From Spirochaetia bacterium (lineage in GTDB: Bacteria; Spirochaetota; Spirochaetia; SP-2023): a DNA stretch of 64,000 bases. Location of the stretch: contig CBDDCK010000005.1 of NCBI GenBank assembly GCA_965225855.1, positions 800,001-864,000 of the forward strand, read 5' to 3'. Shown here piece by piece: positions 19,390-30,046 of the stretch (its first letter is position 1; every line of letters starts with the position of its first letter). The translations under genes were made by a program, and so were the position numbers. The notes beneath the pieces are model-generated. The model had not been told where the DNA came from. It saw only the letters and a program-made list of their open reading frames with translations, and did not search any database.

Positions 19390-20451
19390 CTACCAGCGAA
19401 TTAAGTTGCCACCGTAGGTCAGGCCAGAACCAAAGCCAACAGTTAAAACTAAATCACCTTTGTTTAAAATATGTTTTTCTTGCATTTCACAAAGCGCAAT
19501 CGGAATGGAAGCCGAGGACGTATTTGCATAAGAAGCTATGTTCAAATAAAAACGTTCTAGCGGAATATTTTTGCGTTTAGCCACTGCTTGGATAATCCGC
19601 TCGTTTGCTTGATGGGGTACGATGTAAGCGATTTCATCAAGACATAAATTATTGCGCTGTAATAAAATTTGGATTATATCTTGATTTGCTTGTACCGCAA
19701 AATTGTAGACTGCACGGCCATCCATTTCCAATTTATTGCGCATTGTTGGGGTTGCAGCTGTAATGTTATCTTGAATATCCAATGGCACGCTCGGCACGAT
19801 TGGATTGCGACTGCCTCCATCGGGCACCAATAGGGCCTTGGCTCCCTTGCCATCAGAGCGCAATACCGAATCGATAATTTTGCTATTACCGGACTGCCGG
19901 CTCAGTAGTACGGCACCAGCACCATCACCCAAAAGTACTGCGGTGGAACGGTCGCTCCAATTGGTAATAGCAGAAAGTTTTTCCGCTGAAATAAGCAAAA
20001 CATTTTGGTACTGTTTGTCGGCAAGCATCATGCTTTTGCCAATTTGCAAACCATAAACAAAGCCAGAGCAAGCAGCCTTAATATCAAAAGCGGCAGCCTG
20101 GCTACAACTTAGTTGATGCTGAATTACACAGGCCGTAGAAGGGAAGCCATAATAATCAGGTGCAGAGCTAGAAACGATAATTAAATCAATATTTTCGGCT
20201 GTCAGCCCAGCCCGCAGCAAAACTTTTTCTGCTGCTTTTGCGCCTAAATCAGAAGAAGCCTGTTCTTTGCTAGCAATATGGCGTTGGTGAATCCCCGTAT
20301 GGGAGACAATCCATTCATCGGAGCTATCTACTTTTTGCGAAAGCTCTTGATTGGAAATACAATTTTCGGGCACGTAAAAATCAATGACTTGGATTCCAAG
20401 CTGCTCTGTATTATCAAACATAAAAGGCATTTTTTCTGTTTTTGCATTCAT
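19390..20451 (-). CDS. fabH: Beta-ketoacyl-ACP synthase III (paralog 2; start uncertain)
   Basis: AACSGF, GDGAGA, PHQAN, NTSSAS, GFGSGLT. Confidence 0.93.
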   Translation of the reverse strand: MNAKTEKMPFMFDNTEQLGIQVIDFYVPENCISNQELSQKVDSSDEWIVSHTGIHQRHIASKEQASSDLGAKAAEKVLLRAGLTAENIDLIIVSSSAPDYYGFPSTACVIQHQLSCSQAAAFDIKAACSGFVYGLQIGKSMMLADKQYQNVLLISAEKLSAITNWSDRSTAVLLGDGAGAVLLSRQSGNSKIIDSVLRSDGKGAKALLVPDGGSRNPIVPSVPLDIQDNITAATPTMRNKLEMDGRAVYNFAVQANQDIIQILLQRNNLCLDEIAYIVPHQANERIIQAVAKRKNIPLERFYLNIASYANTSSASIPIALCEMQEKHILNKGDLVLTVGFGSGLTYGGNLIRW

Positions 20452-20629
20452 AGTTTGTCGAAATGCCTCCAAGCAAGTTCCTTTCTATTTCAATTGTATC
20501 GTTTCAATGTATTGATCGGAAATCAGAAAATAACCTGTATATTAACAATTTTCCACAAAAATAGTCAATGATGACACTTCAACAAAATTTGTCAAATAAA
20601 AGCAAACCACCACTAAACATTGGGAAAGT

Positions 20630-21676
20630 TCAACAAGCCCCCCATCGCAGCAGTGTCCCTGCATAGGTTAAGCCCGCCCCAAAGCCAATAGCTAAAATAA
20701 GGTCTCCTGTTTGTAGCTGTCCACTGTTTTCCAATTCGGCCAAAGCAATCGGAATTGAGGCCGCCGAAGTATTGGCATAGTTTTCAATATTGACAAAAAA
20801 TTTTTCCATTGGGATATTTTCACGTTTAGCCACCGCCTGAATAATGCGCAAATTTGCTTGGTGTGGCACGATGTAGCACAAGTCATCAACGCAAAGTTGG
20901 TTGCGCTCAAGCATTTCATGCAATATTTCTTGATTAGCGGCCACGGCAAAATTGTAGACTGCCCGCCCATCCATTTCCACATATTGGCGTATTTCAGCCA
21001 TATTTTCGGTATTGCCGCTATCAATTGGGAATCGGCTACCGCCCTCTGGAACCCATAATTTTTCGGCCCCACTGCCATCGCTTTTGAGCAGAGTGTCTAA
21101 AATAGAGGTCGCCGGTGATTTTTTGGTACCATTCGTTGCAGCCTCACAAACTAATAGGGCGGCGCCTGCACCATCACCAAACAACACGCAGGTTGAACGA
21201 TCTTGCCAGTTGATTATTCTCGAAAGAACTTCGGCCCCCAAAACTAATACTTTGTCGTATCGAGCATTTGATTCGAGCATAGAACGCCCTATTTCTAAAG
21301 CATAGCTAAAACCAGAACAAGCAGCAGTAATGTCAAAAGCGGTTGCTTGGCAGCCCAGTTTATGCTGTAAAACGCAGGCGGTTGATGGAAAACTTTTATA
21401 ATCTGGGGTTGCGGTAGCCACTACGATCAGGTCAATTTCTTCAGCTGCTACGCCGCTTTTTTGTAAAACTTGTTGAGCAGCAGCCAAGGCTAAATCAGAA
21501 CAAGCTTGTTGTTTTGCAGCAATATGCCTTTGCCGAATACCCGTGTGAGAGGTAATCCATTCATCAGAAGTATCGAGACTGCAGGCTAATTCTTGGTTGC
21601 TGACTTTGCGCTTGGGTAGGTAATGGCCAAAAGATAAAATAGCAGCACGCCGCGTTTGGGTATGGTTCTCAGCCAA
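20630..21676 (-). CDS. fabH: Beta-ketoacyl-ACP synthase III (paralog 1)
   Basis: AACSGF, FGDGAGA, PHQAN, NTSAAS, GFGAGLT. Confidence 0.93.
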   Translation of the reverse strand: MAENHTQTRRAAILSFGHYLPKRKVSNQELACSLDTSDEWITSHTGIRQRHIAAKQQACSDLALAAAQQVLQKSGVAAEEIDLIVVATATPDYKSFPSTACVLQHKLGCQATAFDITAACSGFSYALEIGRSMLESNARYDKVLVLGAEVLSRIINWQDRSTCVLFGDGAGAALLVCEAATNGTKKSPATSILDTLLKSDGSGAEKLWVPEGGSRFPIDSGNTENMAEIRQYVEMDGRAVYNFAVAANQEILHEMLERNQLCVDDLCYIVPHQANLRIIQAVAKRENIPMEKFFVNIENYANTSAASIPIALAELENSGQLQTGDLILAIGFGAGLTYAGTLLRWGAC

Positions 21677-21984
21677 ATGAATCTTCTCCTCTTCTGCTTG
21701 GCTTTTGTTTACTTAGATTACTGGTAGCATATCTTTAGAGTCAATTAGTTTGGCATTGAAATAGGGATTTTTGCTAGATATTTTTTGCATAAAAATCCCG
21801 ACTAAAAAATAATTAAATATTTTCTTTATATGTTTTTAGAGTGGATATGGCTGCCGCACTATTGTCTGAAAAAGCAAAAAAAAGTAGACTGCTTTTTCAT
21901 AATCTTGATAGTTTTGCTCCTAAATTGATGAGGCTAACGCCCGATTGCTGGGGTTATTTTATGTTCCTTCGTTTTTTAAAATGT

Positions 21985-23139
21985 ATGTCTGAATCCAATC
22001 CTAAAACTTATGAAGCCAATTCTTTCCAAAAACGGCGAGGCTTGCGGCAATACCAACAACAGCAAGAACGTTCTAACAGTGAGCAGCAGACCGTCCTGCC
22101 GAATTCGTCAAGTTCCGTACTGCTGGAAAAACCAAAAGTTGGTACGGGTTTAGCGCATGACTTAGCGCCTGAATTTGTGAATATTGAAAATGAACAAGTA
22201 GGGATTCACGCTCTCGATCCTTATTTTTCAACCAAGCTAGGTAATGCTCTCGCTTTTGAATTTGCCAGTCCTCCTAAACCGGATACCACTATAGTAGACC
22301 GTGGGCAAACTAAGGAGCAGATTCAGCAAGTTACGGCAAAAAAAAAGCTTGGTTTAACAGCAAAATGGCAAACTAAACTAGAAGCAAAATTACCAGCAAA
22401 ACCGCAGGGTTGGACAGCAGATCAAAAGCAGCCGCAAAAAGCCAAAAAACCCGTAAAAATAAAAGAGGCGAAAACGCCTTACCAACATTTTGTCGCCGAA
22501 CTTAGCAATAAAGATATGGCTTATCTTTTGGAGCAATCCAATGCGGCTTTGCAAACTTTGTTGTTAAAAAATACAACACGCCATAAACGTTCTCAAATTT
22601 TGCAGCAGATGCCGCGCAAGCAACGCGCTTTGTTACTGCGCTCTTGGGCAGAAAGCAACGAAAAATTGGATAGCGAAGGTTTTTTACGGGCTTTTTACTG
22701 GCTGCGGCGCAAGGTTCGGCCTGAATATTCCCAAACGGAGGTGGGGGATATGATGGTAGAAGGCTATCCGGAAGTCAATGGTATGAAGATTTTAAGCACA
22801 ATTTTAGATGGGTTGAAGCCTGAGCAAGAACAAGATATTCTACAATCTTTTTTTCATAGTGATAATGAACTTGCAGCTTGGCTAGAACGCGATAGGGGTT
22901 CTACTTGGCAACGCCAAATACTTTCTGTAATTGTCCGTCAAGCAAGTGACTTGGAATTGGCCTTGTTATTTGGTATTCCACGCTATGGCCGTTTGCTGCG
23001 CCATTTGTTAGCGCCCGGTAAAAAATTGGATATACTAAACGCTAGTATTGAACTGGCTCAATTACCGCAAGACCAACGGCAAAAATTGGAAGGCAAATTA
23101 TTTGCTAGTTTTCCTGTTTTGCAAGAATGGCAAAATTAG
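21985..23139 (+). CDS. Protein with low-complexity N-terminus and FliG-like C-terminal region (start uncertain)
   Basis: GMKILSTILDGLKPEQEQDILQSF...ELAAWL resembles the FliG middle/C domain (recalled similarity). Confidence 0.5.
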   Translation: MSESNPKTYEANSFQKRRGLRQYQQQQERSNSEQQTVLPNSSSSVLLEKPKVGTGLAHDLAPEFVNIENEQVGIHALDPYFSTKLGNALAFEFASPPKPDTTIVDRGQTKEQIQQVTAKKKLGLTAKWQTKLEAKLPAKPQGWTADQKQPQKAKKPVKIKEAKTPYQHFVAELSNKDMAYLLEQSNAALQTLLLKNTTRHKRSQILQQMPRKQRALLLRSWAESNEKLDSEGFLRAFYWLRRKVRPEYSQTEVGDMMVEGYPEVNGMKILSTILDGLKPEQEQDILQSFFHSDNELAAWLERDRGSTWQRQILSVIVRQASDLELALLFGIPRYGRLLRHLLAPGKKLDILNASIELAQLPQDQRQKLEGKLFASFPVLQEWQN

Positions 23140-23182
23140 CCGTTTGGGCTATTTGGCTCACTTTAGCTTTTTATATTGGTTT

Positions 23183-24988
23183 TTATAGGCTTGGCTTTAC
23201 GATAGGCAGTGTTTGGCCTTTTTCTGTTGCTCGTTGCGCATAAGTTTTATACGGCTTTTGCCTACTGTAACCGTTGCGTGGGCTGCGGAAACGAATGCCA
23301 ATTTGCATACCCCAGCCTTTTTGGGTAGATGAATCAAAACTTAGTGCGGTATAAAGTTGCAAGTTGTCTAAATTAAAAGCTATGGAAGGCGATAATTTTT
23401 GTTGGTAATATTGCAAGGTCAAGTGTATGGTATTGTTAAACAAGCCAATTCCAAGTAAAAGGCGCAAATGGTCAATCGGTTCAAATAGAGCAGAATAGGG
23501 GCTTTGCCCTTTCGGTAACATGCCCCGGATTTGGATCAATTCTAAGCCACCAAATACTTTGAGGTATTTGGTATACCATTTTTCGGCATAAAGCCCTAAG
23601 TCAAAATCTAGGGGATAGCGAATATCTTCGTTCTTAGTCAAAATAGGTATGTTTAACCCAAGGAAGTCGGAAATCTTTAGCCCAGCGTGCAAAAATGATA
23701 GTTTGGGCGATAGTGCGCCAAAGTGGAATTGCAGACCAAAATCCAACCCAATGTTGGTGCCACCTTTGGGAATGAGTAGGTCGACTACTTCAAATTCTTC
23801 ACCAGAGGCAACTTGAGACAGAATCCTGCCGAAGGCTTCTTGATTGGTGCCAAAATAGGGGGCCACCTTAAAACCAAGCCCAAAAGTAAAACCGGGCAGC
23901 AGCTCGTCAAAGTCGTGGGCAAAAGCGATGCGTAAAGGCGCAGAAAGGTAAAATTGAAAGGCAAGCTTTACTTCAGCATCCAGTTTAGAGTCAATTCCAG
24001 GCAGCTTGAGTGATAGAGGCAATTTGGAATCTACACCAGTGCGCAGAGCAACTTTTTGTTCTAAGCCAAAATAAAAGCCCCAAGCCAAGGGGTTTTGGTC
24101 ATTGACGTGGCTAATGCCAAATGTACGCGAATACAGCTTAAAGCCTAAGTTACCCAAATCGTCAAAAAGGCCATTGATAAAACCTTTACCCACACCACTG
24201 ACAATTTCCCCAAGCGATATATTGCTTTTTATACTTGTTGTTAGATCTTTTTTTACTGCATCATCTTCTAAATTCTTGGTTGTCAGTTTCTCTTGGTCTT
24301 TAGGTAGAGATGGAACGTCTTTTGTTAGTTCTACATACTTTTCTTTGGGAATTCTCTTTAAGCCTTCGGTAAGTTTTTTCAATTGGTCTTTGTTCAATTT
24401 TGTTATATCAAAATCATCGGGTATTCTTTCGGGTATTTCTGTCGGTAATCCTCCCACAGTACTGTATAACGAAACCATGTTATACGGCAAATCGGGCAGA
24501 GTAGATGATACAGTTATAGGTGACGCAGTATAATCCTCTGTGCCTTCGGTAATGTTTTCAAGGTCTTTTATTTCATCTTCTATCTTTTTTGTAACCCCTT
24601 CTATATCCTTCAGTATTTTCCAAATATCTTTGCTCAAAAATAATCCTACAGAAATTATTTCGGTAATCCAGTCATATTTTGGGTTGGGCTTGTATTTTTG
24701 AGAATTTCGATCGGCATTGCGCAGATTTTTTCTTTTTTTCTTTTGGTTTTCATGTGGTTCAATTTTTGTTTTTATACCAGCAGGGTTGGATAAAATCGAG
24801 CTGGCTTTGCCGGGTTGAGCAACCATTGCATCGAGGCCACCACGCCGCCATTCATCATTGGGTGCTTGGGCCAATAGTGGGCTGCTAACCATCATGCCAT
24901 AAAAGATGCCATGAAGAAATATCAGTATTTGCCCATATATAGTGGTTATTCGGCTAATGGGTAAAACATTTTTTTGGGTATTTTCCAT
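23183..24988 (-). CDS. Probable outer-membrane beta-barrel protein
   Basis: Signal-like segment, then GG-x-A-x-A...SSILSNPAGI motif (FadL/PorV/TraF-like plug). Amphipathic beta strands in the C-terminal half. Confidence 0.55.
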   Translation of the reverse strand: MENTQKNVLPISRITTIYGQILIFLHGIFYGMMVSSPLLAQAPNDEWRRGGLDAMVAQPGKASSILSNPAGIKTKIEPHENQKKKRKNLRNADRNSQKYKPNPKYDWITEIISVGLFLSKDIWKILKDIEGVTKKIEDEIKDLENITEGTEDYTASPITVSSTLPDLPYNMVSLYSTVGGLPTEIPERIPDDFDITKLNKDQLKKLTEGLKRIPKEKYVELTKDVPSLPKDQEKLTTKNLEDDAVKKDLTTSIKSNISLGEIVSGVGKGFINGLFDDLGNLGFKLYSRTFGISHVNDQNPLAWGFYFGLEQKVALRTGVDSKLPLSLKLPGIDSKLDAEVKLAFQFYLSAPLRIAFAHDFDELLPGFTFGLGFKVAPYFGTNQEAFGRILSQVASGEEFEVVDLLIPKGGTNIGLDFGLQFHFGALSPKLSFLHAGLKISDFLGLNIPILTKNEDIRYPLDFDLGLYAEKWYTKYLKVFGGLELIQIRGMLPKGQSPYSALFEPIDHLRLLLGIGLFNNTIHLTLQYYQQKLSPSIAFNLDNLQLYTALSFDSSTQKGWGMQIGIRFRSPRNGYSRQKPYKTYAQRATEKGQTLPIVKPSL

Positions 24989-25061
24989 AAATTTTAGAAA
25001 GCGAGAATCGTCGATATTCCTATAAATGTCAATAATTTTTGAAGCATTTATTAAGGATGGC

Positions 25062-27911
25062 TTAGGGCAGGTTGGGCAAATTTGCCAAAAATTCATCGTA
25101 TGAATAAATGGCAATACCCCATTCTTTGGCTTTTTGTAGTTTGCTACTATTGGCTGTGGGGTTGCCACACAATAGAATATTGGTATTTTTGTTCATGGTA
25201 GAGCTCACTTGGTAGCCGTTTATTTCCAGCTTTTCCTGTAGCTGTTTGCGCGCTAGGGGGCCACTGCCAGTCATACAAATATTTTTACCACCATCTGCTA
25301 GTTGTCTATTTTGGTTGGCAACATTTTCAAATTTGAGTATGGCTATTAATTCTTGCAATAAAATTTGGTTTTCCACCAACCACTGGTTTAGATTTTCCAA
25401 AACGCTGTAGCGGCTTGCGGGCTCGTAAAATTGGCTTAAATCTTCAATTTGGCGCAGCTCTAAATAATGGGGTTGCTTGCTCAACAATATTTTTTGCCAA
25501 ATTGAGAAGCCTTTTTTCCAAAGTTCATTGCGCCCACTTTGGCTCTCCCAAGTTCGCCAAAGGGCCAAAAATCTTTGTGGGCCAGCTGCTTTTTTGGGGA
25601 ACATAGCTTGTTGCAATTCTTCAATCAGGTGCTTTGCCAGTTGTGTTTTGTGGGGGGCAGGCTCGCATTGATTGGCGTATTGATTATAGGGCTGCCAATC
25701 GCTTACAGTTTGAGAAAAGGCATGAAGCATTGCATCTTGCAAAATGGCATGTTGGCGTTCGGCTTCTGTAGCTGCCCATCGTGTTCCCATTTGTTCAATC
25801 CATATTTTCCATTTTGCGCTGTGCTCTTTTTTGGCTAGTTTGTGGCAAAATTCTTTGTTTTGTTGTTCTAGCTTTTTTTCTAACCATGGGGAAAAACTTC
25901 TGCGGTGAATTTCGTTGCGTCCAGTTTGGCTGCCCCAAGCCTGCCAAAGGTATTCTAGTTTTGTTTCTAGGCTTATTTCTGGTGGTTTCTCTAAAGTTTG
26001 TTCTGAAATTTTTAGGGGAGAGCCTAATAATGTTGCCACCAAAGAATGGCTCAATTCCCCCCAATCTAACGTTTCTTCCCATTTTTCAGAAAATAAGTCT
26101 GTTGTGTTTGTGCGAAAATACAAAGGCAGGGCAGCCTGAATAGTTTGTTCTAAACTGTCTTGCCATTCTAGGGGATTTTGCCGCAGCCTCCACTGCTGGG
26201 CAACTTGGCGGACAAAATTTTCCCAACGTGACTTGCGGCGTAATTCACCTAATTTTTGCAAGCTTTTCTGCTGTAACATTGGAATACCCAGTCGTTCCAC
26301 TAATTGCTGTACGTTTAACTGGCGAGAATTTTCCCGTTCTGAAAGAAAGCGATTGATTTTTTTTTCGGCATAGCCGGGTATTTGACCCAGGTCTTCTGCT
26401 GTAAGGTTATATAAATCTTGTAGACAATATAATTTACCTTGTTGATATAGCTGGCGAATACTCTGTTCGGCAACGTGTTCCATACTAGATTGTTTTACCC
26501 AAAACAAAATACGCTGCACCACTTGTTCTGGACAACTGCGGTTGGGGCAAATAAGGTCTACCCCTTGTTCATGCAAAGCTCCACTGCAAGAAGGGCATTG
26601 TTGTGGAATAGTTGATCTGCCAAATTGTTCACAGATTTTTTTGGCAAACAGGCAGGCTTCCTGAATGGGAATAGGATTATGCTCTTTACTATTTGCATAG
26701 CAGTTGAGTGCAAAATCCTCTGGTAAATTATGGGATTGCAAGTTGTCTAACAAACTGCCTAAATTATTTTGCACATAGGGGATAACATCTCCAGCGCGTT
26801 CTACCTCCAAAATATCGCCGCGCTGAATATTTAAGCGTTTGACGTTGGCGTAATTGTGTAAGCTGGCGCGTTCAATCATAGCCGATGCTAAGTTTAGAGG
26901 TAAAAACTCGGCTACCGGGCTAAGCCTCCCTTGGCGGCCTAATTGCCAGTGGACTTCACGCAGCAAAGTTGTACCACTTTCTGCGGGGGGCTTTAAAGCA
27001 ATTGCGTAATGGTGATGATGGCTTACCACCCATAAGGCATCAATGGCTGCAAATAGCTGGCTATCGTCTAAGCAAATAATGAGGCCATCGGTTTCATAGG
27101 GCCAGATTTGGCGCAACTCATTCAAGTATAATTGATAATATGTCTTGAGCTGGGCAATGGTAGTCTGTTTGGACTCCACTGTGTGAAATCCTAGTTTTGC
27201 TAATTGCAAAACTTGCTGGTATTCACTATTAGCTAATCGTTGCTGCGGGCATTGGTATGCGATAAAACGCAGCTGTCGCATTTCTTCTGGAGACTGCTCT
27301 TTGCGGTTGATCAGCCCAGCACAAATATTGCGTAAAGGTCGGCCACCGGTTTGTACTATATTGCCATTTTTGGGTAAGTATAATTCTCCTCGTACTTCAA
27401 AATTTGCCAAATTCTCAATGCCTTCATATTGCAAATTATGGATAGCTGTTATGTCCAGCTCTGCTGGAATGTCTTTAATGAACGGGGCTATGTGGCTGAT
27501 ATTTTGCCCTTGCCTGCCATCTCCGCGGCTGGCCACATATTGTAGTTTGTCGTTTTGGTAGTAGCAAGAAGCAGATATACCATCAATCTTAGGCTGAATA
27601 CATAGAGGGGTCTCTAGGTTGAGTTTGAGCAAGCTGCTGTCTTGCAAGCGCTGAAACCAAGCGTTGATGCCTGCTACTTGTTTGGCTTTGTCCATAGATA
27701 GCATGGCAACTTTATGGGTAATTTTGTCTGTATTGGTGTCGTCCATTACCTCAAACCCTACTTGATTGAAATACGGGTGATTGGGTTGTTGTTTGCGCAA
27801 TTGTTCTTCGAGCTGGTCAAATTCAGCATCGCTCATTAGGGGGCTGCCGTTATAGTAGGCTGCTTTGGCTTGCAATAGCTGTGTTACATCTGGTTCATCA
27901 GAGTCGTTCAT
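25062..27911 (-). CDS. ligA: NAD-dependent DNA ligase with large insertion
   Basis: AYY..MSDAEFD, QPKIDG, EVRGE, DGLII, AGDVIP, Zn finger CPSC...CPNRSC, C-terminal BRCT. Confidence 0.93.
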   Translation of the reverse strand: MNDSDEPDVTQLLQAKAAYYNGSPLMSDAEFDQLEEQLRKQQPNHPYFNQVGFEVMDDTNTDKITHKVAMLSMDKAKQVAGINAWFQRLQDSSLLKLNLETPLCIQPKIDGISASCYYQNDKLQYVASRGDGRQGQNISHIAPFIKDIPAELDITAIHNLQYEGIENLANFEVRGELYLPKNGNIVQTGGRPLRNICAGLINRKEQSPEEMRQLRFIAYQCPQQRLANSEYQQVLQLAKLGFHTVESKQTTIAQLKTYYQLYLNELRQIWPYETDGLIICLDDSQLFAAIDALWVVSHHHHYAIALKPPAESGTTLLREVHWQLGRQGRLSPVAEFLPLNLASAMIERASLHNYANVKRLNIQRGDILEVERAGDVIPYVQNNLGSLLDNLQSHNLPEDFALNCYANSKEHNPIPIQEACLFAKKICEQFGRSTIPQQCPSCSGALHEQGVDLICPNRSCPEQVVQRILFWVKQSSMEHVAEQSIRQLYQQGKLYCLQDLYNLTAEDLGQIPGYAEKKINRFLSERENSRQLNVQQLVERLGIPMLQQKSLQKLGELRRKSRWENFVRQVAQQWRLRQNPLEWQDSLEQTIQAALPLYFRTNTTDLFSEKWEETLDWGELSHSLVATLLGSPLKISEQTLEKPPEISLETKLEYLWQAWGSQTGRNEIHRRSFSPWLEKKLEQQNKEFCHKLAKKEHSAKWKIWIEQMGTRWAATEAERQHAILQDAMLHAFSQTVSDWQPYNQYANQCEPAPHKTQLAKHLIEELQQAMFPKKAAGPQRFLALWRTWESQSGRNELWKKGFSIWQKILLSKQPHYLELRQIEDLSQFYEPASRYSVLENLNQWLVENQILLQELIAILKFENVANQNRQLADGGKNICMTGSGPLARKQLQEKLEINGYQVSSTMNKNTNILLCGNPTANSSKLQKAKEWGIAIYSYDEFLANLPNLP

Positions 27912-27945
27912 ATGGCTACCTTTTTGCTTTTGGTATATCGCCTGT

Positions 27946-28923
27946 TTATGGGTGTACGGGGATATCCCATTGCCGCATAGAATCGCTAATAAAATCCAGA
28001 ATTTGCGTTTGCGTTTGTTTACCGCGGCCAACTATTTGCAGCGGTGACCCAAAGGCAAAATGGACTTTTTGTTCTGGCTTGAGTATGGGAATGTATTGAA
28101 TTGCTTTGTGTGGCGAGCGGCTCCAAAAGTTGGTACTGAGCGCAACGGGCACAACCGCTACGCCAGCTTTGGCTGCCAGCTTTACCGCAATGGAATTAAA
28201 GCGACTGCGGCTAAATTGGTTTACTTCTCGTGTGCCTTGGGGAAAGATGATAATCGAGCGTGGTTTTTTTTTACTTTCTGGACCGCAGCTTTCTGAGTGA
28301 CTATTCCCCTGTAAAATCGCGCTGCCTTCCTGCAATACTACTTCCAAATCGGTTAAAGGGTTTTTGCGCTCTAAGGCAATGTAAGGCCGAGAACAAATTA
28401 GCGGAGCAAAATAACCTTTTGTCAATGAAGATTTTACCACAAAAGTAGTGGGCATGTAAGGGGTGATATAACCGCAAATTGTTTGGGTTTCTAAAGTACT
28501 CATGTGGTTAACTGCAAACACAACAGGGCTTTTTTGCGAATTTGTCCCATTCTCTGAATTTGTGGGGGGCTGCAACCATGCTTGTAAATGCTCTAGCCCC
28601 TGGATTTCAAAATCCGCCCCATATGTTTCAAATAAACGGCTTAGCTCCAAACCACTGCGCCCCCAAAGATAATCGCTATATTCACCCTGCAAAGCCAAAG
28701 CCCTATCGCGGCGCACAACTTTCATATAGTTCCAAAACATCGAAAGGCCAGCTAAATTGCTATTTGTTCGACTAGAGAAAAATCGCTGCGGAATATAATC
28801 ACTGCGGTAGTTACCACTGCTCAAATCGAAGGGAGGGGAAAATTCCTTTAGGCATAGTAAGTCTTTAATATGCTCTTCAGAATAAGTTTGGGCTGCAGCA
28901 CTAACAGAAAATTTCGCATTCAT
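27946..28923 (-). CDS. plsC: 1-acyl-sn-glycerol-3-phosphate acyltransferase
   Basis: NHMSTLE, FVVKSSL, IFPQGTR, VVPVAL. Confidence 0.8.
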   Translation of the reverse strand: MNAKFSVSAAAQTYSEEHIKDLLCLKEFSPPFDLSSGNYRSDYIPQRFFSSRTNSNLAGLSMFWNYMKVVRRDRALALQGEYSDYLWGRSGLELSRLFETYGADFEIQGLEHLQAWLQPPTNSENGTNSQKSPVVFAVNHMSTLETQTICGYITPYMPTTFVVKSSLTKGYFAPLICSRPYIALERKNPLTDLEVVLQEGSAILQGNSHSESCGPESKKKPRSIIIFPQGTREVNQFSRSRFNSIAVKLAAKAGVAVVPVALSTNFWSRSPHKAIQYIPILKPEQKVHFAFGSPLQIVGRGKQTQTQILDFISDSMRQWDIPVHP

Positions 28924-29104
28924 GCAGCGCATGGTACAGAGATGCAAAACATTCGTCTATAAATCGTTTCTGAATCGTCTTTGAAAGGCATAATTCTTGA
29001 ATATCAAAAATAAGGCTTTACTTTTATAGCCAAGTACTATATAGTCTGGCGCACAATTTATGCTTGCATTATATATAGTTATTTTACTATAGATAGGAAT
29101 AAAA

Positions 29105-30025
29105 GTGTCGTGTGAAGAGAAAACACTGCTAACTACATTGTCCAGTCAATTGCCAAAGCCGCCGTGGTTGCGGAAAAAACTTTACAGCAATACCAAGCGT
29201 GTCGATCATGCTATTCAGCACAATGGTTTAGAAACAATTTGTAAAGAAGCTGCCTGCCCCAATCGCAGTGAGTGTTGGAATGCAGGTACCGCTACATTTT
29301 TAATTTTGGGGCGGATTTGTACCCGAAAGTGCACGTTTTGCAATGTGGAGTCGGGCCAGCCTGGTTTGCTCGATCCGTTGGAACCACAAAAAGTGGCCGA
29401 TGCGGTAGAAGCTTTGAGTTTGAATTATACGGTGATCACTTCGGTCAATCGCGATGATTTAGCCGATGGTGGGGCTCAGCACTTTGTCCGTGTTATGGAG
29501 GCTGTGCGCAAGCGTAGGCCCGAAAGTAAGATAGAAGTTTTGATTCCCGATTTTCAAGGAGATTGGAACGCACTGGAAAAAGTGGTTGCAGCAGCTCCAG
29601 AAGTGTTGAATCACAACATTGAAACTATTGAACCTTTTTACTATTATGTCCGTCCCGATGCCGACTACCAGCGTTCGCTAGAATTGTTTCGCCAGGTGAA
29701 AAGCTTGGTGCCTGAAATGGTTACCAAATCTGGCATTATGGTGGGCATGGGGGAAAACCCTGATGATGTGAAGCAAACATTTTGTGATCTAAAGGAAGCC
29801 GGTGTTGATATTTTAACGGTTGGTCAATATTTGCAGCCCAGTAAGCAACATTTAAATGTGGAAGAATATGTTTGCCCAGAGCAGTTTGCCGATTACGCTG
29901 ATTATGCTGATTCTATTGGGTTTAAAGGTGTTGCTTCGGGAGTGTTTGTGCGCAGTTCGTATAGAGCTGACAAATTGTATTTACAAGCGAAACAAAAAAT
30001 AACAGTGCAGGTTTCTGCTAGGTGA
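29105..30025 (+). CDS. lipA: Lipoyl synthase
   Basis: CKEAACPNRSEC, CTRKCTFC, RSSY. Confidence 0.96.
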   Translation: MSCEEKTLLTTLSSQLPKPPWLRKKLYSNTKRVDHAIQHNGLETICKEAACPNRSECWNAGTATFLILGRICTRKCTFCNVESGQPGLLDPLEPQKVADAVEALSLNYTVITSVNRDDLADGGAQHFVRVMEAVRKRRPESKIEVLIPDFQGDWNALEKVVAAAPEVLNHNIETIEPFYYYVRPDADYQRSLELFRQVKSLVPEMVTKSGIMVGMGENPDDVKQTFCDLKEAGVDILTVGQYLQPSKQHLNVEEYVCPEQFADYADYADSIGFKGVASGVFVRSSYRADKLYLQAKQKITVQVSAR

Positions 30026-30046
30026 ATTTGCAATAAGGAGTCCCAG

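Noticed and set aside
25460..26246. Intein in LigA
   Set aside because: No Cys/Ser start with His-Asn end at the borders and no LAGLIDADG motifs.
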